A stretch of DNA of 41,123 nucleotides from Candidatus Parcubacteria bacterium (GTDB taxonomy: Bacteria; Patescibacteriota; Patescibacteriia; Patescibacteriales; UBA12075). The translations under genes and the position numbers were made by a program. This document shows positions 1 through 8,634 of this stretch, piece after piece; position 1 is the first letter of the stretch; every line of letters starts with the position of its first letter. Where the stretch lies: positions 1 through 41,123 of the forward strand of contig JAGLPO010000034.1 in assembly GCA_023137275.1 (NCBI GenBank), in the 5' to 3' direction. Under the pieces are notes generated by a model that worked only from the letters and a program-made list of their open reading frames with translations, searched no databases and was not told the DNA's origin.

Positions 1-10
1 GCACAAGGTA

Positions 11-49
11 CTCTTTAGGGTATAAAATGCCCTTTAGGGTATAATTTGT
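11..49 (+). repeat. 3' end of dispersed ~100-bp element (CTTTAGGGTATAA twice)
   Basis: CTTTAGGGTATAA at 13-25 and 32-44. AATGCCCTTTAGGGTATAATTTGT closely matches AATGCCCCTTTTAGGGTATAACTTGT at 4898-4923. Confidence 0.7.
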
Positions 50-60
50 AATTAAATAAA

Positions 61-2223
61 ATGTTAATAATAACTAAATTAATTTTATTTGCCGTAATAA
101 TTCTAGATATTTTTTTATTGTTGTTAATATTGAAAAATTTTAAAAATAATACTAATAAATTATTAGCAATTAATATCTTAGGTATTTTAGGGTGGGCTTT
201 TTGCATATTTATAAATTTGTGGCTATCAAGTTTATATGTTGAAAAGTTTATTTTTGCTTTTCCGGTTATAATTGTAACGTCTCAACTATTTTTTATTAAA
301 GTTTTTCCATCTGGAAATTTTTTTTTAAATTTTTCTAAAAAATTTTTATTATTGATAAGTTTATTTATTGTTTTTATTTGTTTTTTGCCAAATTCACTCT
401 TTTCCGAAATTGAAATAACAAGCCAGGGCTATACAGTGATAAATAGCGGTCCCTGGACTCCTTATTATTCTATTTTTATTTTAATTTTTATATCATATCC
501 AATATTTGTATTGTATAAAAAGTTTAAAAATTTTAGCGGTAAAAAAATTATAAAAATGCAATTAAAATATTTGTTTTTTGGGTATTTATTTTTTCTTATC
601 GCATCGTATATTACAAATTTGGTACTCCCGGTATTTTTTAAAATTTATTTTTTTAATGGTTTAGGACCTGCTTTATCGTTAATATTTTCCGGATTTATTT
701 TTTATATAATTACTCGTTATAGTTTTTTAGATATTAAATTAATTGTTCAGCGGGGCATAATTTATTCTACTATTTTAGGCATTATCATAGGTTTTTATAT
801 TTTTTTAGTGTTTGCGCTTGGTTTCTTTTTTCAGCAATCAACTGACGCAACTATTATATTGGCCGCTGGCATTGCCACTGTGTTTGGAATATATGGCGTA
901 CCATATCTGGAAAGATATTTTCAAAGGATTACTGATAGAATATTTTTTAAAGATAAATATGATTATTCCCAGGCGATTTATGAGCTTAGTGAAATATTGA
1001 ATAAGAATATTGAATTGAATCAGCTGTTGATCAAAACAGTGAAGAAATTAAAAGATATATTCAAAGTTTCGCTGGTAACGATCATATTGCCGGACCAACA
1101 GCTGATTTTTAATAGCGATGGCAAAATAAGGGCTCCGCGCGCGCGATTGTCAGATAGCATGATTTCGGCTATTGAAAAGAGTACGGAGATATTGCTGATC
1201 AGAGAGAAAATTCCAGAAACAATAAACAAATTAACGCTGGCGGGTGCCAGCCGGGAAATAATTAAAGCGGCCAGGCAAGGCTATGAGATTGCCAATAAAT
1301 ATGGATTTGAAGCATATTTGGCCATCAAGCTAAAAAATAAGTTGATTGGATTCGTGGTGTTGACAAAAAAACTGTCAGGCGATTTTTTTAATGCTGAGGA
1401 TGTAAAATTACTCAAAACTTTTTCTAACCAGGCGGCCGTGGCCATGGAAAAGGCCAAGCTGTTTGGGCAGGTTAAAGCTCATTCAGAGAAGCTGGAAGAA
1501 AAAGTGCGTGAGCGAACCGCTAAAATATCAGGCCTTCAGGAAAATCAGAAAAAGATGATGCAGGAAATGGCCCATAGTCTGCAGACGCCGATAACCATTT
1601 TAAAAGCCGAATTGTCCCAGCTTGGCAGGGACACGAGGATGGAAAAAAAATTCAGGCTGATTGAAAGATCAATTGACCGGGTTTCAAATTTTATTTACGA
1701 TATATTGCGGCTCTCCAGGCTGGAATCCGGCGGCAAGGATTTTAGCAAGGAAATATTTAGTTTAAGTGAATTTTTAATTGAGCTGATTGAAAGCTATGAA
1801 ATTATTGCCAGTGAAAAAAATATTTCAATTAAAAGCGGTATAGAAAAAAATATATTTTTTAATGGAAATAAAAAAGAAATTGAGGAGATGATAATGAATA
1901 TTGTCAGCAATAGCGTGAAATATTTTGGCGGGGAAAAAAATAATAAAATAAATTTTACTTTAAAGAAAAAAGGCGGTATAGCTGAAATAATTATTGCGGA
2001 CACCGGAATAGGAATAAAAAAAGAGAAAATACCAAAATTATTTTCTCGTTTTTATCGGGCAGGAAAAGATAATAGGGGCACCGGATTAGGCCTGGCAATA
2101 TGCAAGGAAATTATAAATCGCCACAAAGGGGAAATTAGGGTTGAAAGCGAAGATGGGGAAGGCACTAAATTTATTATCCAGCTGCCGCTAACAAGCAATG
2201 AAAATAAGGATGGGAAAATTTAA
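61..2223 (+). CDS. Membrane sensor histidine kinase (multi-TM N-terminus, GAF-like, HisKA, HATPase_c)
   Basis: About 9 hydrophobic segments; GAF-like end 'FFNAEDVKLLKTFSNQAAVAMEKA'; H-box AHSLQTP; N-box NIVSNSVKY; G boxes DTGIGI and GTGLGL. Confidence 0.93.
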   Translation: MLIITKLILFAVIILDIFLLLLILKNFKNNTNKLLAINILGILGWAFCIFINLWLSSLYVEKFIFAFPVIIVTSQLFFIKVFPSGNFFLNFSKKFLLLISLFIVFICFLPNSLFSEIEITSQGYTVINSGPWTPYYSIFILIFISYPIFVLYKKFKNFSGKKIIKMQLKYLFFGYLFFLIASYITNLVLPVFFKIYFFNGLGPALSLIFSGFIFYIITRYSFLDIKLIVQRGIIYSTILGIIIGFYIFLVFALGFFFQQSTDATIILAAGIATVFGIYGVPYLERYFQRITDRIFFKDKYDYSQAIYELSEILNKNIELNQLLIKTVKKLKDIFKVSLVTIILPDQQLIFNSDGKIRAPRARLSDSMISAIEKSTEILLIREKIPETINKLTLAGASREIIKAARQGYEIANKYGFEAYLAIKLKNKLIGFVVLTKKLSGDFFNAEDVKLLKTFSNQAAVAMEKAKLFGQVKAHSEKLEEKVRERTAKISGLQENQKKMMQEMAHSLQTPITILKAELSQLGRDTRMEKKFRLIERSIDRVSNFIYDILRLSRLESGGKDFSKEIFSLSEFLIELIESYEIIASEKNISIKSGIEKNIFFNGNKKEIEEMIMNIVSNSVKYFGGEKNNKINFTLKKKGGIAEIIIADTGIGIKKEKIPKLFSRFYRAGKDNRGTGLGLAICKEIINRHKGEIRVESEDGEGTKFIIQLPLTSNENKDGKI

Positions 2224-2278
2224 TTTTTTAATATAGTTTTGATCATATTATTAATGCGCCGTAAGGCTTAATTTGTTT

Positions 2279-2953
2279 ATGCGTATCCTCATAGTAGAAG
2301 ATGAAAAAGAAATTAGCGAATTATTGGCACGCCGGTTAAGGGCCAATAAGTATGAAGTGGATGTAGCCGAGGATGGAGAAAAGGGTTTGTTTTTAGCTCG
2401 TACGAATGATTATAGTCTAATAATTTTAGATTATAATCTTCCTAAACGCGATGGCCGACAGGTTTGTAAAATAATCAGACAGGAGGGGGTTGATTTGCCG
2501 ATAATTATGCTGACTGTTAAATCAGAGCTGGAAAATAAGGTTGATATGCTGGATTTGGGAGTTGATGATTATGTGACTAAGCCGTTTTTTCTTGATGAAT
2601 TTATGTCAAGAATCAAGGCGTTGCTTAGAAGGCCAAAGCGCGTGGAAAGAGAAATAATAACAGTTGGTGATTTAGTGATTAATAAAAATAATTTTAAGGT
2701 TAAACGCAAAGATAAAGAGATCTATTTAACGCGCAAGGAGTTTATGTTATTGGTGTATTTAGTGAAAAATAAAAATCGCGTTATTTCCAGCGAGGCGATA
2801 TTAGAGCATGTTTGGGATATTAACGCTGATCCGTTTTCACATACCGTTAAAACCCATATTATGAATTTGCGCCGAAAAATTGATAGTGAGTTCAAGGCAA
2901 AGCTTATTCATACTGTAACAAGCAGGGGATATATGGTTAGTGTTGAAAAATAA
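2279..2953 (+). CDS. OmpR/PhoB-family response regulator
   Basis: Receiver motifs ILIVEDE, IILDYNLP, KPF; winged helix LTRKEFMLL...VKTHIMNLRRKI...IHTVTSRGY. ATG at 2279 preferred over TTG at 2273. Confidence 0.96.
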   Translation: MRILIVEDEKEISELLARRLRANKYEVDVAEDGEKGLFLARTNDYSLIILDYNLPKRDGRQVCKIIRQEGVDLPIIMLTVKSELENKVDMLDLGVDDYVTKPFFLDEFMSRIKALLRRPKRVEREIITVGDLVINKNNFKVKRKDKEIYLTRKEFMLLVYLVKNKNRVISSEAILEHVWDINADPFSHTVKTHIMNLRRKIDSEFKAKLIHTVTSRGYMVSVEK

Positions 2954-2976
2954 GGTTGAATATTTAGATTATAACT

Positions 2977-3822
2977 ATGAATAAACTTATTAAGAAAATT
3001 TTGATTAAAAAGGCCTTAAAAAATCCAGAAATAGAATTAAAGAAAGAGAAAGACAAGTTGGAAATAAAAGCAGAAAAAGAAATTATGGAGTTGAAAAAAA
3101 TTCAGACGGAGAAGATGCTGCAGCTTAATCGTTTTGCTGAATTTGGCCGATTATCAAGCGGGTTTTTTCATGAATTTATAAATTCTCTAACTGCTATTTC
3201 ATTGCATATTGAGCAAGTTAAGAATGGCTCCTATAAAAAATTAAAAGAGACAAAACAATACCTGGCAAGGGCTATCAATACCTCGGAACAAATGAAAAAT
3301 TTTCTTATGATGGCGCGCAAGCGAATAGCAGCCCAGGAAGATATAAAATTATTTTCCGTAGAGGATGAAATTAAACAAGTGGTTAAAGTGCTTGCCTATA
3401 AAGCGCGCAAGGCCAATGTTTGCATTAACTTTAATCCGTCAGTAAATATTAAAATTTACGGCGACGCGATAAAATTTAGCCAGGTTGTAATTAATTTAGT
3501 ATTGAATGCCGCTGACGCGTATCCGGACGCGGATGAACAGATTGCTTCGCGCAATACAAGGCGAGAGGTTTTAATCAGTCTGGATAAAAATAAAAGCGGG
3601 TTTATACTAAATGTAGAAGATTGGGGGAGAGGTATATCAGGCGAAAATGTTCAAAAAATATTTGAGCAATTTTTTACAACCAAGGATTTTTCAGAAGGAG
3701 CGGGCGTAGGCCTTTTTTTAGTAAAAAACATTGTTGAAAAAGATTTTGAAGGCACAATTAAATTAATAAGCAATAATAAAAAAGGAACAATTTTTAGTGT
3801 TGCTATTCCGATTAAAAAATAG
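2977..3822 (+). CDS. Cytoplasmic histidine kinase with no sensor domain
   Basis: Coiled-coil N-terminus, H-box GFFHEFINSL, NLVLNAADA, DWGRGI, FFTTK, GAGVGL; no TM segment. Confidence 0.9.
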   Translation: MNKLIKKILIKKALKNPEIELKKEKDKLEIKAEKEIMELKKIQTEKMLQLNRFAEFGRLSSGFFHEFINSLTAISLHIEQVKNGSYKKLKETKQYLARAINTSEQMKNFLMMARKRIAAQEDIKLFSVEDEIKQVVKVLAYKARKANVCINFNPSVNIKIYGDAIKFSQVVINLVLNAADAYPDADEQIASRNTRREVLISLDKNKSGFILNVEDWGRGISGENVQKIFEQFFTTKDFSEGAGVGLFLVKNIVEKDFEGTIKLISNNKKGTIFSVAIPIKK

Positions 3823-3839
3823 CTAAAAAAATTAATAAT

Positions 3840-3873
3840 CTTTACCAAAACTTTACCGTTTTTTTGTTATGAT
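3840..3873 (+). promoter_or_regulatory. Putative OmpR/PhoB-type tandem box plus extended -10 for the com-like gene
   Basis: CTTTACC at 3840-3846 and 3851-3857 (11-bp period), 10 bp upstream of TATGAT (3868-3873), which is preceded by TGn. Confidence 0.55.
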
Positions 3874-3936
3874 AAAATCAGTTGTGTAATAATTCCCGCG
3901 GTTCTGGCGGCCGCGGGGCTAACCGGCAAGGAGGCT

Positions 3937-4101
3937 ATGGCTAATTTCTTAAAAGAATATCGCTGCAAGCATTGCAATAAGCTTTTTTTTAAAGGCGATC
4001 TGCGGCATTGCGTTGTGGAAATCAAGTGCAAAAACTGTAAAAAGATCAACATGATTGAGAGAAAAAATCGCAAATTATTTTTGCTTTGCGATCAAGTATA
4101 G
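3937..4101 (+). CDS. Mu Com-family zinc-ribbon regulator, 54 aa (not in the ORF track)
   Basis: MANFLKEYRCKHCNKLFFKGDLRHCVVEIKCKNCKKINMIERKNRKLFLLCDQV; RCxxCxKL...EIKCxxCKxIN signature; SD AAGGAGG at 3928-3934. Confidence 0.85.
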   Translation: MANFLKEYRCKHCNKLFFKGDLRHCVVEIKCKNCKKINMIERKNRKLFLLCDQV

Positions 4102-4111
4102 TATTTATAAG

Positions 4112-4152
4112 AGAAGCTCATAAGAAGCTCATCAGCTATGATGAGTTTTTTT
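4112..4152 (+). terminator. Intrinsic terminator whose 5' arm is the second copy of a tandem AGAAGCTCAT repeat
   Basis: Repeats at 4112-4121 and 4123-4132; stem CTCATCA(4128-4134)/TGATGAG(4139-4145), loop GCTA, T7 at 4146-4152. Confidence 0.75.
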
Positions 4153-4183
4153 GTATTTTATGGCTTGAGTACTTTTTAATAAG

Positions 4184-4244
4184 CATTTAAGGGGCTGTTG
4201 CCTAACACTTTTTGTGTTGTTTTCCGGCGGCAGCCTCTTAAATG
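4184..4244 (+). other. Long RNA hairpin in the leader of the receiver gene
   Basis: CATTTAAGGGGCTGTTGCC (4184-4202) pairs with 4226-4244 over 19 bp, including 3 G:U pairs; inner AACAC/GTGTT stem. Confidence 0.6.
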
Positions 4245-4362
4245 GGGATTCGGGCTGTGTATTGCCAAAGATACTAAAAAGGAACTTGGGGTGATTGAAC
4301 GGTTGATCGCAATTACCAGAATTCATTGCATTGAATAATAATTTTTTTAAAAATTAACTATT

Positions 4363-4773
4363 ATGAAAAGCAATAAGAAAATAATTCTTACAATTGAAGA
4401 TGATAAGGTTTTGCGGAAATTACTTAAGGCAGAGCTTATTCGAGCGGGCTTTCAGGTTTTGGAAGCCCGCGATGGGCAGGAGGGAATAGTAATCGCTAAA
4501 GATAAACAACCCGATTTAATCCTGCTCGATTTGATGCTGTCAACAATGCCCGGTGAAAAAGTGTTAAAGGAAGTCGGTGTAAATAAATTAACCAGGAATA
4601 TTCCGGTAATAGTTTTAACGCTCAAAGCGGATGAGGCCAGTAAAATAAATTGCCAAAATATTTTGGGCGCGCGTGATTATCTGATTAAATGCGATGTTAC
4701 TTTGGATGAGGTAGTGTCAAAAATTACTCAGGAATTAAGCTTAAACCAAAAGAATGTCCGCGCTAACCAATAG
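4363..4773 (+). CDS. Single-domain response regulator (CheY-like receiver)
   Basis: IEDD, ILLDLML, VIVLT, DYLIK; no output domain. Confidence 0.92.
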   Translation: MKSNKKIILTIEDDKVLRKLLKAELIRAGFQVLEARDGQEGIVIAKDKQPDLILLDLMLSTMPGEKVLKEVGVNKLTRNIPVIVLTLKADEASKINCQNILGARDYLIKCDVTLDEVVSKITQELSLNQKNVRANQ

Positions 4774-4816
4774 CAAGCCGAGCGTTATGCGCGCCGCGCC
4801 GGGCGATAAGATAATT

Positions 4817-4917
4817 TATAGTCAAGGAATTTGAGCACCCCAAGGGCACTTCCTTCGGGGCGTATTCCCGACTACTGTTAGTGCCCTTTGGGCATAGAAT
4901 GCCCCTTTTAGGGTATA
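4817..4917 (+). repeat. Dispersed ~100-bp palindromic element (REP/MITE-like)
   Basis: TATA at both ends; nested stems CAAGGGCACT/AGTGCCCTTTG, TCGGG/CCCGA and GGGCAT/ATGCCC; head matches 41101-41120 exactly, tail matches the window start. Confidence 0.75.
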
Positions 4918-4921
4918 ACTT

Positions 4922-7033
4922 GTGATGCTGAAAAACATATTCACAAAATATAAAAAAAATAGGGTGGTGAAAAGAGATTTTTTTCTTTTGGTTGCCGGGG
5001 CTTTTTTGTGTTTTGCGTTTTTTTTATTTTTATTTTTTACTAACGGAGTATTATACTGGCAGAATCAAAGAATATTTGAAAAAGAAATAAGGCTGGTTAA
5101 TAGTGTTTTACAGAATAGTTTGTTTCAGCTCAAAGAGCAGGCAATGGGGCTCTCTGAGTCGGAAGATATTACGGAATATATAAAAAAGAAAGATATTTTA
5201 AATCTTGTTTCATTGCTTGACGAGGAGAAAAAAAATCGCCCGTTTAAGATGATAACCGCCGTAGATAAAGACGGCATTGTCTTATCAAGAACGGAGCAAT
5301 TGTCAAGACGCGGCGACTACCTTTTTCATATCACTCCCTGGGGGCGCGTGGTTGCCGAAGGCAAAACGGTAGAAGTTATTGAGGAGGGAATTATTTCACC
5401 GCTTATTTTGATTGCCGGCCATCCGGTCGTGGATGGAGATGAATTCATTGGCGCTATGTTCTCCGGCCAGGCATTGGACGATGCTTACGCTGAACGTTTA
5501 CAGGAACAGCACCTTCATTTTGGATCTCATATAATTTTTTATTCCAGGAATGAGGGGATTATTGGAAACAGTTTTAAAAATAGCGAGACAAGAGAGCTGT
5601 TAGCGGCTAATTTTAACACCGGTTCCAACTGGATACAAAGCAATACCGGGGCCGAAGGGTACCGTTCGGTTGAAATATCAGGCAAAAAATATTTTTTGGG
5701 CAGTATTGTTTTCCCGGGGCTGGAGGAAAGCCCCGGCGGAGCATTGATTTTTTATCCGCAAGGAATTGTATCAATGAGTATCGTTCCGCCGCTTTTTTTA
5801 TCCGCGCTTTTTTTTCTGGCGCTGTTTGCGTGGCTTTACGGCAAACATCAAATAACATGCGCCAATCTTACTTACGTGGTTTCTTTTTGCTGTGTAATAT
5901 TTTGTATAACTTTTTTAACAAAAGTATTTTTATTTGACAGCCGTTTTATAAAACCGCTTTATATCAGCGGCTTGGCGGATACTATTTATAATTCAACCCT
6001 GGAACTTGAGCCGCGGTACAGTATATTTGACAAATCTTTTAATCATATTCTTGCGATCAAAATATTGCCTGGCGGCGAAGCTATTAACGCGGTACGGGCG
6101 ATTGTTCGTTATGATCCGGAGAAAATTCAGGTAGAAGAGATAATTACGTCAAAATCATTTTGCAGGCGGACAGGAGCTGATTTGTTTATTGAAAAAATTA
6201 TTGACAATAAGCGCGGCGAGGTTATTGTTTCCTGCGGCTTGCCTAATCCGGGTTTTTCGGAATCACATGGGATAGTGGCCGAGTTAGTTGTTAAGCCTCT
6301 TGAAACCGGTATTACGAATGTTAGATTTGATCAAGCCAGCCGGGTGTTGGCTAATGACGGGCTGGGAACCGATGTTCTGCGAGCGGTTACGAACGCAAGC
6401 TACTATATCGCCGATTACCAGGAGAGGAATGAAGACATTGAATTATACGAGCCTTTAATTGTTTTTTCGCCAACCCATCCCAATAGCGAGGAGTGGTATG
6501 ATAAAAAGGATGTTTATTTTTCCTGGCTTGGGAACGATCAGCTTGAATACGCGTATTTGTTTAATCAACAAGCCACGGGAACACCGGATATAAGGCAGTT
6601 TACAGAAGATAAATCATTGCGATTTAGCGTTAAAGCTGACGGTATTTATTATCTCCATATCGCGCCGGTTAAAGCCGGTATTATTGGCCCAACAAGAAAC
6701 TACAAAGTGAAAATAGATGCTACGCCGCCGCACAAGACTGATATTAGGGCAAGTGAGGTTGTTATTAAAAGCGGTGATGTGGTTAGGTTTGAATTCAGCG
6801 GTGAAGACGAGATGAGCGGTTTGCAGTCCAACTATTATTACGTGCGAATAGATAACAGTACGTTTCTGCCGACGAAGACGCCTCTGTATGTGCCGTTTAT
6901 TGAGCCGGGCAAACATCCGGTTACTGTTAGGATGTTTGACAATGCTGGAAATTTCAAAGATACTGGCGTAGAAATTGAAGTTAAGGGCAAGCCGCTTCCG
7001 GAGAAGCTTATTACTATATTCGCGCCACAGTAA
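4922..7033 (+). CDS. Membrane protein: Cache-like domain, cohesin domain and Ig-like C-terminus
   Basis: TM1, then Cache-like 'MITAVDKDGIVLSRT...LIAGHPVVDGDEFIG', two TMs, cohesin-like 'AINAVRAIVRYDP...VLANDGLGTDVL', then 'SPTHPNSEEWY' and 'DEMSGL...VRMFDNAGN'. Start is GTG 4922 or ATG 4925. Confidence 0.72.
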   Translation: MMLKNIFTKYKKNRVVKRDFFLLVAGAFLCFAFFLFLFFTNGVLYWQNQRIFEKEIRLVNSVLQNSLFQLKEQAMGLSESEDITEYIKKKDILNLVSLLDEEKKNRPFKMITAVDKDGIVLSRTEQLSRRGDYLFHITPWGRVVAEGKTVEVIEEGIISPLILIAGHPVVDGDEFIGAMFSGQALDDAYAERLQEQHLHFGSHIIFYSRNEGIIGNSFKNSETRELLAANFNTGSNWIQSNTGAEGYRSVEISGKKYFLGSIVFPGLEESPGGALIFYPQGIVSMSIVPPLFLSALFFLALFAWLYGKHQITCANLTYVVSFCCVIFCITFLTKVFLFDSRFIKPLYISGLADTIYNSTLELEPRYSIFDKSFNHILAIKILPGGEAINAVRAIVRYDPEKIQVEEIITSKSFCRRTGADLFIEKIIDNKRGEVIVSCGLPNPGFSESHGIVAELVVKPLETGITNVRFDQASRVLANDGLGTDVLRAVTNASYYIADYQERNEDIELYEPLIVFSPTHPNSEEWYDKKDVYFSWLGNDQLEYAYLFNQQATGTPDIRQFTEDKSLRFSVKADGIYYLHIAPVKAGIIGPTRNYKVKIDATPPHKTDIRASEVVIKSGDVVRFEFSGEDEMSGLQSNYYYVRIDNSTFLPTKTPLYVPFIEPGKHPVTVRMFDNAGNFKDTGVEIEVKGKPLPEKLITIFAPQ

Positions 7034-7228
7034 AGAATTTACAGAAATTTTACTATTAGCTTACCGGAATGAATTTGCCAAAAGACAAAAAATATATACT
7101 CCACTGCTAATTAAATTCCGTATAATGCCCCGGAGCGTATACGCGTAAATACGCTTAAAATTGGCAATAAACTAAACTTTTTAGATACCAATAAAATCGG
7201 AATTAAAAAAGCAAAGGGGTATAACTAC

Positions 7229-7257
7229 TAAAAACCCCGTTTATCGCGGGGTTTTTA
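7229..7257. terminator. Bidirectional intrinsic terminator between convergent genes
   Basis: TAAAAACCCCG-tttatcg-CGGGGTTTTTA. Confidence 0.8.
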
Positions 7258-7272
7258 TATAAACGCGCGTAT

Positions 7273-7310
7273 TATAGCACATTCTATAGAATGTGCTATA
7301 GAATGTGCTA
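7273..7310. repeat. Perfect 28-bp palindrome with a 12-bp tandem duplication of one arm
   Basis: TATAGCACATTCTA|TAGAATGTGCTATA at 7273-7300; TAGAATGTGCTA at 7287-7298 and 7299-7310. Confidence 0.85.
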
Positions 7311-7334
7311 TGTTATTAATATGGACGAGCATCC

Positions 7335-8633
7335 CTATTTTAATAAATCATCCAATTCGCAGCTTAGTAAAGATGATTTATTAAGTAAAATTTGTTCTTT
7401 TTGGTTTAGGTTATCCGCGGTCATTCTGATGAGTTTAGTTGTTATTGCGCTGCCAATCATTATGCGTTCTGTCTTTTTTAAATAATTTTCAGTTTTTTTA
7501 TAAAATAGCTCGGCATACCGCATTAGCTTATTCTGTGATATAGAATTCCTGTTTCGACCATTGCTATCAAATCTATAAAGTTTTTTAATTTTTTTACTTA
7601 TTTCAATTAATAAATCGCCTTCTCTGTCTTCAATCCAATAGTCACTAATGCGATAAATGATTTTTATTGATTTTCCGTCATCTGTTTTATACCAATATAC
7701 AAATGAAAATACATCGTTGTGAAAATCTTGGCGTACCCCCACTTCTTCAAGTTCAGTAACTGTATGAATTTCATACTCATCATGCAGGCGCATATAGCTT
7801 TCGCGCCAGTTATTAAGCCAATTTTGGATATATGTCTGATCGATAAATAATGGAGTGAGATCCTGTTTAAGGTTTTCATCCATCCCTTTATCATTCAAGA
7901 TGTTTATCGTGATTTTATCAAAAAGCGTCCGTAAATCTTTTGCCTCTTTTACATTTTTAGCTTTAAGATAATCAAGATCAGGAACTATTTTTTTTCTCAT
8001 GTACCACAGTAGATCATAGATATCACGGCCTTTATGGCCGTATATTTTTTCACCTACCCCGCGCGGCCCGCGCAAGAACACAGCCGCGATTTTACTTGCC
8101 ATAAGCGCGGACATATTGTAGGTTTTTATAACAAAAGAGAGCTGATACTCATTTTGCGGCCAACGTTCTGTTACTATCCTGGGACGCGCGGCAAAGTGGT
8201 TGAGATCAATTTTAATGTGTATCTGCTTTGAATGAAAACCCAAATTTAGTTCTTCTCCTATAAGGAACTTTAATGTAAGGCCTCTGTTGTTCGTGGTTCC
8301 AATTGTGAGTAAATTAGAATTAACGCCATAAGTATTCTTAAAATGTTCTATTATTTCATCTTTTAGTTTATTCAGAAAGTCATTAGTGATTTCGTTGTCC
8401 ACTTCAAAATCCAAATCAACCGACATACGATCAAGGTCGTGGCAAATACGAAGCGTAGAACCGCCATACATGATCCAATTACTGTATTTTGGATGGTGAT
8501 ATATAAAATTAAGTACGTAATATTGCAGAGCCTCCTTAACCGCGTTTCTTTGAACATCAGGACCGATTTCGCCATAGGACGTGGAAATTTCTTCCAGCCT
8601 TTTTTTAAGTGTTGCAAGTATTTGATTATTCAT
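7335..8633 (-). CDS. AbiEii-family nucleotidyltransferase toxin (type IV TA) with C-terminal extension
   Basis: MYGGSTLRICHDLDRMSVDLDF, KIAAVFLR and KGRDIYDL motifs; directly downstream of the antitoxin gene. Confidence 0.9.
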   Translation of the reverse strand: MNNQILATLKKRLEEISTSYGEIGPDVQRNAVKEALQYYVLNFIYHHPKYSNWIMYGGSTLRICHDLDRMSVDLDFEVDNEITNDFLNKLKDEIIEHFKNTYGVNSNLLTIGTTNNRGLTLKFLIGEELNLGFHSKQIHIKIDLNHFAARPRIVTERWPQNEYQLSFVIKTYNMSALMASKIAAVFLRGPRGVGEKIYGHKGRDIYDLLWYMRKKIVPDLDYLKAKNVKEAKDLRTLFDKITINILNDKGMDENLKQDLTPLFIDQTYIQNWLNNWRESYMRLHDEYEIHTVTELEEVGVRQDFHNDVFSFVYWYKTDDGKSIKIIYRISDYWIEDREGDLLIEISKKIKKLYRFDSNGRNRNSISQNKLMRYAELFYKKTENYLKKTERIMIGSAITTKLIRMTADNLNQKEQILLNKSSLLSCELDDLLK

Positions 8634-8634
8634 A

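Noticed and set aside
3867-4073. Minus-strand 68-aa ORF in the track
   Set aside because: It overlaps the plus-strand Com ORF, which has an SD, a promoter and a clear family signature.
3937-4101. Mu-like prophage implied by the Com gene
   Set aside because: No mom or methylase, structural, transposase or integrase genes nearby; the neighbours are signalling genes.
4817-4917. Autonomous IS element
   Set aside because: Only ~100 bp, with no transposase and no terminal inverted repeats.
7273-7310. CRISPR or mini-array (also considered for 4112-4132 and 35123-35190)
   Set aside because: No regularly spaced repeats with unique spacers, and no cas genes.
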